Assembly (NCBI GenBank): GCA_963696385.1
Contig: CAVOKF010000005.1
Span: forward strand, 704,001 to 768,000
Source: an uncultured delta proteobacterium
Lineage (GTDB): Bacteria > Myxococcota_A > Polyangia > Polyangiales > Polyangiaceae
DNA length: 64,000 nt
Direction: 5' to 3'
This document shows, piece after piece, positions 49,500-58,395 of this stretch; positions within the stretch are counted from its first letter, which is position 1; every line of letters starts with the position of its first letter. Position numbers and translations under genes: made by a program. Under the pieces are notes generated by a model. The model saw only the letters and a list, made by a program, of their open reading frames with translations, was not told where the DNA came from and did not search any database.

Positions 49500-49997
49500 A
49501 TGACGCAGTCGATTTCCAATGCCGCCTTCCGTGACGCCCTGGCGCAATTTGCCAGCGGCGTGACGGTCGTGGCGGCAAACAGTCCGTCCGGCCCCGTGGG
49601 CTTCACCGCAACCGGCTTCGCGTCGCTCTCGCTGTCGCCCCCCCTCGTTCTCGTTTGCGTGGGCAAGGATGCCAGTGCATATCGCGAGATCGTCACCGCG
49701 ATTCACTTCGCCGTGAGCATCCTCGACGAAGGGCAAGCGTGGATCGCTCGACAATTCGCGCGTTCCGGGGCCAACCGATTCGAGGGTATCCCCCTCGAGG
49801 GGGCGGGAGTGGCGCGGGCGCCGCTCATCGCGGGAGCGATCGCGCAAATTCAGTGCCGCGGCCACGATCGGTACGATGGCGGGGATCACACGATCGTGAT
49901 CGGCGAGGTCGTGGAGGTGTCGGTCGGCAAAGGCCGCCCCCTGGTGGATTTTGCGCGGCAATTCGGGGCGTTCGTCGCCGAGCCGAGTCCCGGCTAG
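49500..49997 (+). CDS. Flavin reductase family protein
   Basis: FRDALAQFASGVTVV, SLSLSPPLV and GGDHTI.IGEV. Confidence 0.93.
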   Translation: MTQSISNAAFRDALAQFASGVTVVAANSPSGPVGFTATGFASLSLSPPLVLVCVGKDASAYREIVTAIHFAVSILDEGQAWIARQFARSGANRFEGIPLEGAGVARAPLIAGAIAQIQCRGHDRYDGGDHTIVIGEVVEVSVGKGRPLVDFARQFGAFVAEPSPG

Positions 49998-50185
49998 GAA
50001 TCGCGTCGCCGGCCGGTGCCCGAACCCCCTTTTTCGGGGGCTGGTCGCTCGAAGCCGGGCGTAGCGGTGGCGGCGTCGATGGTCCGATGCGTCATGGCAG
50101 CCGCGGTCGGTCTATCGAAAGCGTCACGGCGGGCGCGAAGTGATGACATGCCGCGACGCCTGTACTAGCGTCGCGCGCCGAATCA

Positions 50186-50596
50186 ATGGCGCAAGCACGC
50201 ACGACGAATCGCGGGAGCGACGCGCGCATCGGCAGTACCGCCCGAATCCGCGGTCGCATTCACGGGGACGGCGATCTCGTCGTCGAAGGGCAGGTCGAAG
50301 GCGCCGTCGCATTGCGCGGGGATCTCACGATCGCCGAGGGGGCAATGGTCTCAAGCGAAGGCATCGAAGCCACCTCCGTCACGATCGCTGGCGCGCTCGA
50401 AGGCGACACGTTGGCCAGCGGCGCGGTACGGCTTGCGGCCAGCGCGCGTGTTCGAGGCAATATCCGAGCGACCGCGATCGTCATCGACGACGGCGCCCGC
50501 TTTTCGGGGAGGCTCGATTGCGAGTTCGATCTGCCGACGGAGATCGGCGGGGTTTCGCGCGGTGAGCCGCGCGGCCGTGCTTCAACGCGGCGCTAA
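50186..50596 (+). CDS. Bactofilin (polymer-forming cytoskeletal protein)
   Basis: IG....IRG.I.GDGDL.VEG.VEG...V.GNI.A..I.I.DGA.F.G. Confidence 0.9.
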   Translation: MAQARTTNRGSDARIGSTARIRGRIHGDGDLVVEGQVEGAVALRGDLTIAEGAMVSSEGIEATSVTIAGALEGDTLASGAVRLAASARVRGNIRATAIVIDDGARFSGRLDCEFDLPTEIGGVSRGEPRGRASTRR

Positions 50597-50636
50597 ACCT
50601 CTCCCGGTGTGAAAATCCAGGCTAATCGGAGACATC

Positions 50637-50951
50637 ATGGCGAGCACGGTCATCGGCGCAGGGATCACGATCGAAGGCGAGATTACGACGGAGGAGGACA
50701 TCGTGGTCGCAGGCACCGTGCGCGGTAAATTGTCCGCGAAGGAGGCCGTGACGATCGAGTCGGGCGCGACCGTCGAGGCCGACGTGCAAGGCGGATCGCT
50801 CGCCGTGGCAGGGACGCTCACCGGCAACGTCACAGCCGGCGATCGCGTCGATCTCCAGTCGGGTGCGCGGGTGGTCGGAAACGTCAAGGCCGCGCGAGTG
50901 ACCATTGCCGACGGCGCCCAGTTCAAGGGCAACGTCGACATGGACGTGTGA
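50637..50951 (+). CDS. Bactofilin
   Basis: TVIGAGITIEGEI...VVGNVKAARVTIADGAQFKGNVDM. Confidence 0.93.
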   Translation: MASTVIGAGITIEGEITTEEDIVVAGTVRGKLSAKEAVTIESGATVEADVQGGSLAVAGTLTGNVTAGDRVDLQSGARVVGNVKAARVTIADGAQFKGNVDMDV

Positions 50952-50954
50952 GCC

Positions 50955-51557
50955 ATGGCCGACAACAACACTACGGTCATTGGCCATGCCGCGCGGGTTC
51001 GTGGCCGGCTGACGGGCGAAGTCAGCGTCCATGTGCACGGTTTCGTCGAAGGCGAGATCGCGGTCGAAGGCGATGTCACGGTCGAGTCCTCGGGGATTGT
51101 CGACGCCACCATTCGGGGCCGGCGTCTGGTAGTCCGGGGAGCCGTCCGGGGCGATTTGATTGGGGGTGAGTCAGTCGGCCTCGCCGAGGGTGCTCGGGTG
51201 GTCGGCGACATTCGCGCTCCGCGCGTGGCCATCGCACATGGGGCGCTTGCGCGTGGGGCTGTGGAAGCCGGGGACGAAGGCGAGGCGTCGGCCGTCGGGG
51301 CTCGCTCCCAGTCGGTGGGGAGGACCGCCGCAAGTCCCGCCAGTCGTGGCGCGCCGCCGCCTGCGAAGGTCGTTGCGACGTCGCCCGTAGTCCGGGCCGC
51401 TGCCAGGATCGAGGTGGCGGCTCCGGCGCCGATCGGGGCGGCCAATTCGAGTGCCGAAGCGAAGCCGAGCCACACACCAGCCCGTCGCCCGCCGCCGCCC
51501 GTCGTTCCCACACTGAAGAAAGCGAAAGGTCAGGTCCTCAAGAAGAGGGAGCGCTGA
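50955..51557 (+). CDS. Bactofilin with Pro/Ala-rich, basic C-terminal tail (BacP-like)
   Basis: Bactofilin domain plus about 95 aa low-complexity extension. Confidence 0.88.
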   Translation: MADNNTTVIGHAARVRGRLTGEVSVHVHGFVEGEIAVEGDVTVESSGIVDATIRGRRLVVRGAVRGDLIGGESVGLAEGARVVGDIRAPRVAIAHGALARGAVEAGDEGEASAVGARSQSVGRTAASPASRGAPPPAKVVATSPVVRAAARIEVAAPAPIGAANSSAEAKPSHTPARRPPPPVVPTLKKAKGQVLKKRER

Positions 51558-51804
51558 CAGCGGGTGGGATCGTTCGAGCTCCGCAGCGTTTTTACAGTCG
51601 CGCAACGTTGCAGCTCGTCGGGAGAACCATGCGACCTTGCGCCGGTTCGGGTGGCGAGCACGAAAGGGGTTTTCGAGGTTGGGCGCCACGCCGACCCCAC
51701 GGCGGGCGCGTTCGAAGTCGCCGGCGATCGCGGCGACAAAAACGCGCTTCATGGGTGCACCCTGGGCTTGCGCAGCGCTATGCTCGGGATCCGACGGAGT
51801 TCGG

Positions 51805-52647
51805 GTGGAACCTCGACGCATCGACATTTTGAGCGATTCGACAGGCGAAACGGCCGAAAAGGTCGTGCGCGCTGCCATGCTGCAGTTCCCGCACTCCGGG
51901 GTGCAGATCCGTTTGCACCCGCGCGTTCGGGCAAAAGAGGCTGCGCGCCCCATTCTCGAGAACGCTTCGAAAGAAGGCGCTCTCATTGTGTTTACCGTGG
52001 TCGGGCCAGAGCTGCGCGAGTACATCCACGCGGCTTGCTACGAACTGAAGCTCGAAGCTCTGGACGTAATCGGTTCGCTCATCGGGAAGCTCGCGACCTT
52101 CCTTGACCGGCAACCCATCAATATGCCGACGGGCAAATTGGCGCTGACAGAGGAGTATTTCCGGCGCATCGAAGCTGTGGAGTTTGCGGTCAAGAGCGAC
52201 GACGGCAAAGAGCCGCGGAACTTCAAGAGGGCGGATTTGGTGCTCTGCGGAGTGAGCCGGACCAGCAAGACCCCACTTTGCACGTTGCTGGCGCAGCGCG
52301 GGCTCAGGGTCGCCAACCAGCCGATCGTGCTGGGCGTCCCGTTGCCGTCCGAGCTCGAAGAGGCTCCGCAAGAACGCATCGTCGGGCTCACGATCGAGCT
52401 TGATCACTTGGTCGAGATCCGCAAATCCCGCCTGAAGCAACTCGGCATGCCCATGGACCCGGGTTACGGTCTGCGGGATCAAGTGAAGCAGGAGCTGGAC
52501 TACGCGAACCACATTTTTGGCGATCATCCGAAGTGGCCGGTCATCGACGTCACGGGCAATGCGATCGAGGAGACTGCGGTGATTATTTTGGAATCACTCG
52601 GCCGCCGCGACGACGCGACGGACTCCGCCCGGACCGGGCCGCGCTGA
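51805..52647 (+). CDS. ppsR: PEP synthase / pyruvate,phosphate dikinase regulatory kinase-pyrophosphorylase (DUF299)
   Basis: SDSTGETAE, YFRRIEAVEFAV..DDG, GVSRTSKTP and IEETA. Confidence 0.93.
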   Translation: MEPRRIDILSDSTGETAEKVVRAAMLQFPHSGVQIRLHPRVRAKEAARPILENASKEGALIVFTVVGPELREYIHAACYELKLEALDVIGSLIGKLATFLDRQPINMPTGKLALTEEYFRRIEAVEFAVKSDDGKEPRNFKRADLVLCGVSRTSKTPLCTLLAQRGLRVANQPIVLGVPLPSELEEAPQERIVGLTIELDHLVEIRKSRLKQLGMPMDPGYGLRDQVKQELDYANHIFGDHPKWPVIDVTGNAIEETAVIILESLGRRDDATDSARTGPR

Positions 52648-52690
52648 CCGCTTTCTGCCGGGCGTCATCGAGGGCGGCGACAAGAAGCCG

Positions 52691-54658
52691 ATGATGGGGC
52701 TGCGTGGCTGTGCCGTGCGACTGCTGGGCATTCCGCTGGCAGCATGCTCGCGCCCGGCGCACGTGACCGTGGAGGCCGACGCCTCGACCTTCTCCGTTTC
52801 GGCGGCCATTCCGGCCTCCCGTGCCGCTGCCTCGGTTGCCGAGGAGCCACCGACGGTTCAGCGGTGCGGCGAGCCCGCCGATGTAACCTGGTTCACTTCG
52901 CCGGAGCGTCCGGTTGGAGGCCAGCCGCTGCGTGTCGTCGCCGTCATGGATCGGCCCGTCGATGCGCGACTGACGGTGAGCCTGCTGCCGGAGGCGACAG
53001 CGGTGGATGTGCTGGAGCCTCGAGGCGGTCCGCCCTTTTTCTGGCTTGCGCGAATCGCAGCGCCGGGCGTGGGAACGTGGCGGGCCACCCTTCGCCGCAG
53101 CCCCGAGTGCGGGGCAGCGACTCTCGCCGTCAAGGAGGGCAGGGTGAGCGCGACAGCCGCCGCGCCGCTGGGCGTGCCACGGACCTCCTTATGGGCGACC
53201 CGACACGCCTGGTCGCCGTCGATGGAGGACATTTACTCGGCGTGGGTGGAGCAGCTCTTCGACGCGCCAATCGGCGAACAGTCCACCTTTGCCGCGCTTC
53301 ACGACGTGCTGCGGGACCCGCGTCGGAATTTTCTCTTCGATCACCTGGGGATGCACGAGGACCAGCAGGGAATCACAGTCCGGCCCGATTGTGCCGATCT
53401 CCCTTATTTTCTGCGCGCGTACTTCGCGTTCAAGTTGGGGCTTTCCTTCGGTTGGTCGCACTGTTCGCGAGGCGAAAACGGCGCTCCGCCTCGCTGTTCG
53501 GACTTCGCGACGAACGAAGACCCTTTTCCGCCGTCGATCGACCCGCCGACGACGTTGCCACCGTGGGCGGACCCGGGTCGGGATCGCTCCGGTCCATGGG
53601 AGAACAACATAAAAAGGCTCGGCGAGTTCTTTCGTACGACGCTCGCCGACGCGGTCCAGTCCGGCGCCGGCCGTACGCCCGCCGATGCCGAGGAGAGCGA
53701 TTTCTACCCCGTGACTGTCTCGCTCGATTCGCTGCGTCCGGGGACCATTTTCGCCGATCCGTACGGTCACGTGCTCGTCATCGCGTCGCGCATTCCTCAG
53801 GCTGCCTCGGCTTCGGGCGTTCTTCTCGCGGTCGACGGTCAGCCCGACGGCACCGTGTCTCGAAAGCGGTTCTGGCGAGGCAACTTTTTATTCGCGATCG
53901 ATGCGGCGCTCGGAAGCGCTGGGTTCAAGCGCTTTCGCCCCATCGTTCGAGAACCGGTCACGGGGCACCTCGTGCACGTGAAAAACGCCGACATCGCCGA
54001 CTACTCGCCGACCGATCAGTACTCCGCCGGCGTGGAAGGGTTCTACGACAAGATCGAGGACTTGCTGTCACCCGCTGCCTTGAGCCCAACTCAGGCATTG
54101 ACCGAAACGATCCAGGCACTCGAAGAGCAGGTCAAGACACGCGTGACCTCGGTGGACAATGGACGGAGGTTTCTGGCGAGCGGTCGGTCGGTCGCCGATA
54201 TGCCCGATGGTGAAAAGATCTTCGAGACCACGGGAGCTTGGGAGGATTTTGCGACCCCTTCGCGTGACCTCCGGCTCCTCATTGCGATCGACGTGATGCG
54301 CACTCTGCCGGGACGAATTGAAAGGCGCATCGAACACTACGCCGAGCCGGAGAAGTTGCGCGCCGATCAGGTGCGCGAGGACCTCGAACGACGAGTCGCG
54401 CTCGAGTTGCGAGATCGCAGGTTCCGATACGTGCGCAGCGACGGGTCAGAATGGGAGCTGTCACTGGAGGACGTGGTGGAGCGCCAAGACGCCTTGGAGA
54501 TGGCCTACAACCCGAACGACTGTGTCGAGGAGCGGTGGGGGGCTTTGCCCGGGACCCCGGAGGCGGCCACGTGCACGGCCCATGCGCCGGCGGCGCAACG
54601 CGACAAGATGGCGGGGTACCGCATGTGGTTTCACGATCGTCGGCGTCCGCCACGCTGA
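52691..54658 (+). CDS. Conserved-looking lipoprotein with possible papain-like (NlpC/P60) core
   Basis: Lipobox LAAC; DCADLPY.LRAYF and LRPGTIFADPYGHVLVI. Confidence 0.75.
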   Translation: MMGLRGCAVRLLGIPLAACSRPAHVTVEADASTFSVSAAIPASRAAASVAEEPPTVQRCGEPADVTWFTSPERPVGGQPLRVVAVMDRPVDARLTVSLLPEATAVDVLEPRGGPPFFWLARIAAPGVGTWRATLRRSPECGAATLAVKEGRVSATAAAPLGVPRTSLWATRHAWSPSMEDIYSAWVEQLFDAPIGEQSTFAALHDVLRDPRRNFLFDHLGMHEDQQGITVRPDCADLPYFLRAYFAFKLGLSFGWSHCSRGENGAPPRCSDFATNEDPFPPSIDPPTTLPPWADPGRDRSGPWENNIKRLGEFFRTTLADAVQSGAGRTPADAEESDFYPVTVSLDSLRPGTIFADPYGHVLVIASRIPQAASASGVLLAVDGQPDGTVSRKRFWRGNFLFAIDAALGSAGFKRFRPIVREPVTGHLVHVKNADIADYSPTDQYSAGVEGFYDKIEDLLSPAALSPTQALTETIQALEEQVKTRVTSVDNGRRFLASGRSVADMPDGEKIFETTGAWEDFATPSRDLRLLIAIDVMRTLPGRIERRIEHYAEPEKLRADQVREDLERRVALELRDRRFRYVRSDGSEWELSLEDVVERQDALEMAYNPNDCVEERWGALPGTPEAATCTAHAPAAQRDKMAGYRMWFHDRRRPPR

Positions 54659-54747
54659 AGCGCGCGTGTCGGCCGCTCTGCGCCGCGTTTGCCAGTGCGG
54701 TGTCGGGCCTTGCGCCACCGATGCTGTGCTAACCACACGAGCCGCTC

Positions 54748-55674
54748 ATGTATTTCCAAGACGTGATCCTGGCACTCGAGGCGTTCTGGGCGAAGCGGGG
54801 TTGTCTCATCGTGCAGCCTTACAACAGCGAGGTCGGCGCCGGGACATACAATCCTGCGACCTTCTTGCGCGCACTGGGTCCGGAGCCGTGGAGCGTCGCT
54901 TACGTCGAGCCGTCTCGACGTCCGGCCGACGGTCGGTACGGCGATAATCCGAATCGCACGCAGCAGTTTCACCAGTACCAAGTGATCCTCAAGCCTTCGC
55001 CGATCGACATCCAGGACCAATACGTGGAGTCGCTTATCGCGCTGGGAACGAGGCCGGCGGATCACGACGTGCGTTTCGTCGAAGACGATTGGGAGTCGCC
55101 TACACTCGGCGCGTGGGGTCTGGGCTGGCAAGTCTGGCTCGATGGGCTCGAAATCTCGCAATTTACGTACTTTCAGCAGGTGGGTGGCTTCGATTGCAGG
55201 CCGGTCAGCGGGGAGCTGACGTACGGTCTCGAGCGCATTTGCATGCACCTGCAGAACGTCGAGTCCTTTTGGGAGATGCAATGGGCGCCGGGCATTTCTT
55301 ATGCGGAGCTCGTGCGTCAGGGCGAGTGGCAATGGTCGACCTACAACTTCGAGCAGGCGGACGTCGCCGCGCATTTTGCCCGGTTCGACGAGTGCGAGAA
55401 GGAGTGCAAGAGGCTGCTCGGCGTCGGGGCGGACCCTGCGAAGAAGCTCGTGTTGCCCGCATACGATTTCGTGATCAAGGGCGCGCACGCGTTCAACGTC
55501 CTCGACGCGCGCGGCGCGATTGGCGTGACCGAACGGCAGCGATTCATCGGCCGCGTCCGCGCCATGGCCAAGGGAGTCGCCGAAGCGTGGTTGGCGCAAC
55601 GCGAATCTCTGGGCTTTCCGCTGATCAAGGCTCGCGTTGCGGATGCCTTCGCCGAATCGAATCGACGCGGATGA
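54748..55674 (+). CDS. glyQ: Glycine--tRNA ligase alpha subunit
   Basis: [43 protein letters not shown] and TYGLER. Confidence 0.97.
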   Translation: MYFQDVILALEAFWAKRGCLIVQPYNSEVGAGTYNPATFLRALGPEPWSVAYVEPSRRPADGRYGDNPNRTQQFHQYQVILKPSPIDIQDQYVESLIALGTRPADHDVRFVEDDWESPTLGAWGLGWQVWLDGLEISQFTYFQQVGGFDCRPVSGELTYGLERICMHLQNVESFWEMQWAPGISYAELVRQGEWQWSTYNFEQADVAAHFARFDECEKECKRLLGVGADPAKKLVLPAYDFVIKGAHAFNVLDARGAIGVTERQRFIGRVRAMAKGVAEAWLAQRESLGFPLIKARVADAFAESNRRG

Positions 55675-56207
55675 AGCCCCACGTCGCGTGTCTGTTCGCT
55701 GCGTGCGTTGCTTGCGGGCATCCGCTCGATGCGCGCTACGCTCCGCGTGAGCCGGGGTGCGCCGTCGAAAAATTCCCGGGCGCTCCGAAGTCGGACGTGG
55801 ACGACCTCGGAATCGTGTCCGTCGACTGCAGGTCCGAATCATCGTGCGATCGCCAACTGCTCGACGGCGTTTGCGCGCGCGGCGGCGATGTCGCCTGGGG
55901 TTTGGCTGACAACGCCTTGACGGCAACCCATCGGGTGGCCCGTGCGGCGCACACGAGGCGGTCGGCACAGAGCCCGCGCGAGCGCGGATGCCCGGTGCAG
56001 CTGTTCGAGGAGGCGCCACCCATGCCGACCGAAAACATCGGGCCCGTGTCTGCCCTTTGCGCCGAGGACGATTCCCATGAGACTTGCCTGCGGGAGCTCG
56101 AGGACCAAGTGTGTCTCCTCGGCGGTGACGTACTGTGGGAGGTGGAGGGGCGCTTGGTCGAAGGCAACAAGCATCACTTGCGGGGCCGCGCGGCCCACAC
56201 GAAGTGA
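55671..56207 (+). CDS. Lipoprotein with two internal Cys-containing repeats
   Basis: ATGA overlap with glyQ; two copies of GC.V..F...P....G.VS..C...C.R.L.D.VC..GGDV.W. Confidence 0.75.
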   Translation: MKPHVACLFAACVACGHPLDARYAPREPGCAVEKFPGAPKSDVDDLGIVSVDCRSESSCDRQLLDGVCARGGDVAWGLADNALTATHRVARAAHTRRSAQSPRERGCPVQLFEEAPPMPTENIGPVSALCAEDDSHETCLRELEDQVCLLGGDVLWEVEGRLVEGNKHHLRGRAAHTK

Positions 56208-56220
56208 CGGAGGCCGCGTT

Positions 56221-56523
56221 TCATTCGAGGCATTTTTCGAATGCCTCGGGGGTCACGGCGTGCATGGCGCATTCGAACTCGACGCGGCCCACTTCGGAGC
56301 TGCAGTTCTTGAAGGCGTCGTCGCCGCGAGCCTCGCGTTTTTCGCGCTGCCGCTCGGACTCGATCTGGGCGGCCGAAGCGTCCGGGTCTCGAGCGGTGAC
56401 GACGAGTCCCGCGTACCGGTCGACAAGCTGCTCGCATTCTGCGGCGCTCGCCTTGGGCCGGCAGGCCGATAGTCCCGCCACGAGGGCGCATGCCAGAGTG
56501 CAGACCGGAGCCGCGCGATTCAT
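56221..56523 (-). CDS. Small Cys lipoprotein
   Basis: Lipobox LSAC; C..LVDR...C...C...A......C. Confidence 0.75.
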   Translation of the reverse strand: MNRAAPVCTLACALVAGLSACRPKASAAECEQLVDRYAGLVVTARDPDASAAQIESERQREKREARGDDAFKNCSSEVGRVEFECAMHAVTPEAFEKCLE

Positions 56524-56819
56524 CGAAGGCATTGATCCAGCTCTTGCGCGGTGTTCGCTCGCTTGACGCAGGAAATCGTCCAATCCGTCACCCGCAGGCC
56601 CTCGCACGATGTGAGTTCACTCTGCAGTTCCGATCGGACCTGCTCCTCGCGCTTGCGAATGGCGGATGGGTCGGTCAGGCTCATCTGCCTCATCTGGAGT
56701 TCCACGCTCCTGTCGACGATGAGCCGACAGTCGCCTTCCGTGGCTCGGCGACCGCACCCTGCCGCGAGGACCCCCGCTGCGACGGCAACGCGGCCGAGCG
56801 AGGCAAAGCGGAAGCGCAC
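56520..56819 (-). CDS. Small Cys lipoprotein, paralog of the neighbour
   Basis: Lipobox AAGC; same Cys spacing; ATGA-coupled to the neighbour. Confidence 0.72.
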   Translation of the reverse strand: MRFRFASLGRVAVAAGVLAAGCGRRATEGDCRLIVDRSVELQMRQMSLTDPSAIRKREEQVRSELQSELTSCEGLRVTDWTISCVKRANTAQELDQCLR

Positions 56820-57031
56820 GCGCGCACGCCTAGCACGTTTCCGACGGGCGTGGCGCTCGGGCGGCCGCGGAAGTACCCGCGCCTCAAACGCGAGGTCCTC
56901 GGCACCGGGATCATTTCCGCTATGATCGTTGGTGGCAGCGCCGAAGGAGCGCGCGATGTGCGGTCGTGGCTCGATCGATTTACAGCCGGGGTCATCCCCG
57001 AAGGGGCCGCCCATCCCGATGGAGACTCGAA

Positions 57032-58378
57032 GTGAAGCCTTTCGAATTGCTACGAGCGCGGTCCCTCGGCTTATGCGTGGGCGCGGCACTTGCCGTGTGG
57101 CCCCTTCCTCTCTGGGCCGCCACCGGTGGATCGGACACGGGTGCGTTCCAACGAGCGCTCGCAAAGGGAGCCTTCACGGCGCTCGCCGCCAGTTACGGCT
57201 TCGGCCTCGTCACGAGCCTCACGCCGTGCGTGTACCCCATGATCGCGATCACGGTGTCGGTGTTCGGCGCGCGGGAAGCAGCCAGCCGCACTCACGGTGC
57301 GCTGCTGTCGTTGACGTTCGTTCTGGGTATTGTGTGCCTCTTTGCGCCGCTCGGGGTGGTCTCGGCCTTGGTCGGTCGCGGCTTCGGAGCCGCTCTCGGC
57401 GATCCACCGGTGGTTGCGGCGATCGCGCTCGTCTTTCTCGCGCTTTCGGCTTCGCTCTTCGGGGCCTTTGAGCTTGCCCTTCCGCCCGCGTTGAACAACC
57501 GCCTGGCGAGTCTGGGAGGTGCCGGCTTCGGTGGCGCGTTTCTGCTCGGTCTCATGTGCGGCGTGGTCGCCGCCCCGTGCGTCGGGCCCTTTTTGTTCAG
57601 TTTGCTCGGGTGGATCGCGACGACGCGCAACCTCGCGCTCGGCTCTGCGGCGATGGCCTCCTACGGACTCGGCCTCGGCACGTTGTTCTTTCTCGTGGGC
57701 GCCTTCGCCGTCAATCTTCCAAAGGCGGGCGCGTGGATGATGGGTATCAAATGGCTCGGGGGCGTGGCCCTGGCGTACTTGGCGCTGGCCACGCTGCGCG
57801 ACGCGCTGCCGACTGATACGGTTCGAAAAGTGGTCCTTCCCGGGGCGCTCTACGGGGCGGTGGGAATCGCGATTCTCGCCGTTGGCGTGGGCCTTGCGGC
57901 CGTCCACGTCGCCGCCGAGCGACGCCGCTCGCCGATCGCGAGGCTTTCGAAGCCAGCCAAGATCGCTTCGATCGCGCCGGCTGTCATCGGACTTTGGGTG
58001 GTCCTCACCTGGTGGCAAATCCGTGTGCCGCAGCTCGCGTGGGAGGCCTCCGAATCGACGGCCCTGGCACGGGCCACGAGCGAAAGGCGACCCCTGCTCA
58101 TCGACTTCGGCGCGAGCTGGTGCGGCGCGTGCAAGGAACTGGAGCGAGAAACGTTTCCCGACCCACGCGTTCGCGCCGAGGGAGCGCGCTTTGTCGCGCT
58201 CCATGTCGACGCCACGAACGAGGACGATCCGGAGGTTGCTCGTGTTCTCCGCAAGTACGGAGCGACCGAAGGACTGCCGGTCCTTCTTCTTTTAGGCAGC
58301 GACGGGAAGGAGGCGTTCCGGTTTACGGAGTTCGTCGCGCCAGAGCGTCTCGCCCGAGCACTCGTCGAGGTTCGGTAA
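57032..58378 (+). CDS. dsbD: DsbD-like thiol:disulfide interchange protein (CcdA membrane domain plus thioredoxin)
   Basis: SLTPCVYPMI, APCVGP, LPKAGAWM and DFGASWCGACK. Confidence 0.9.
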   Translation: MKPFELLRARSLGLCVGAALAVWPLPLWAATGGSDTGAFQRALAKGAFTALAASYGFGLVTSLTPCVYPMIAITVSVFGAREAASRTHGALLSLTFVLGIVCLFAPLGVVSALVGRGFGAALGDPPVVAAIALVFLALSASLFGAFELALPPALNNRLASLGGAGFGGAFLLGLMCGVVAAPCVGPFLFSLLGWIATTRNLALGSAAMASYGLGLGTLFFLVGAFAVNLPKAGAWMMGIKWLGGVALAYLALATLRDALPTDTVRKVVLPGALYGAVGIAILAVGVGLAAVHVAAERRRSPIARLSKPAKIASIAPAVIGLWVVLTWWQIRVPQLAWEASESTALARATSERRPLLIDFGASWCGACKELERETFPDPRVRAEGARFVALHVDATNEDDPEVARVLRKYGATEGLPVLLLLGSDGKEAFRFTEFVAPERLARALVEVR

Positions 58379-58395
58379 GAGCCTTCTTGCGTCCG

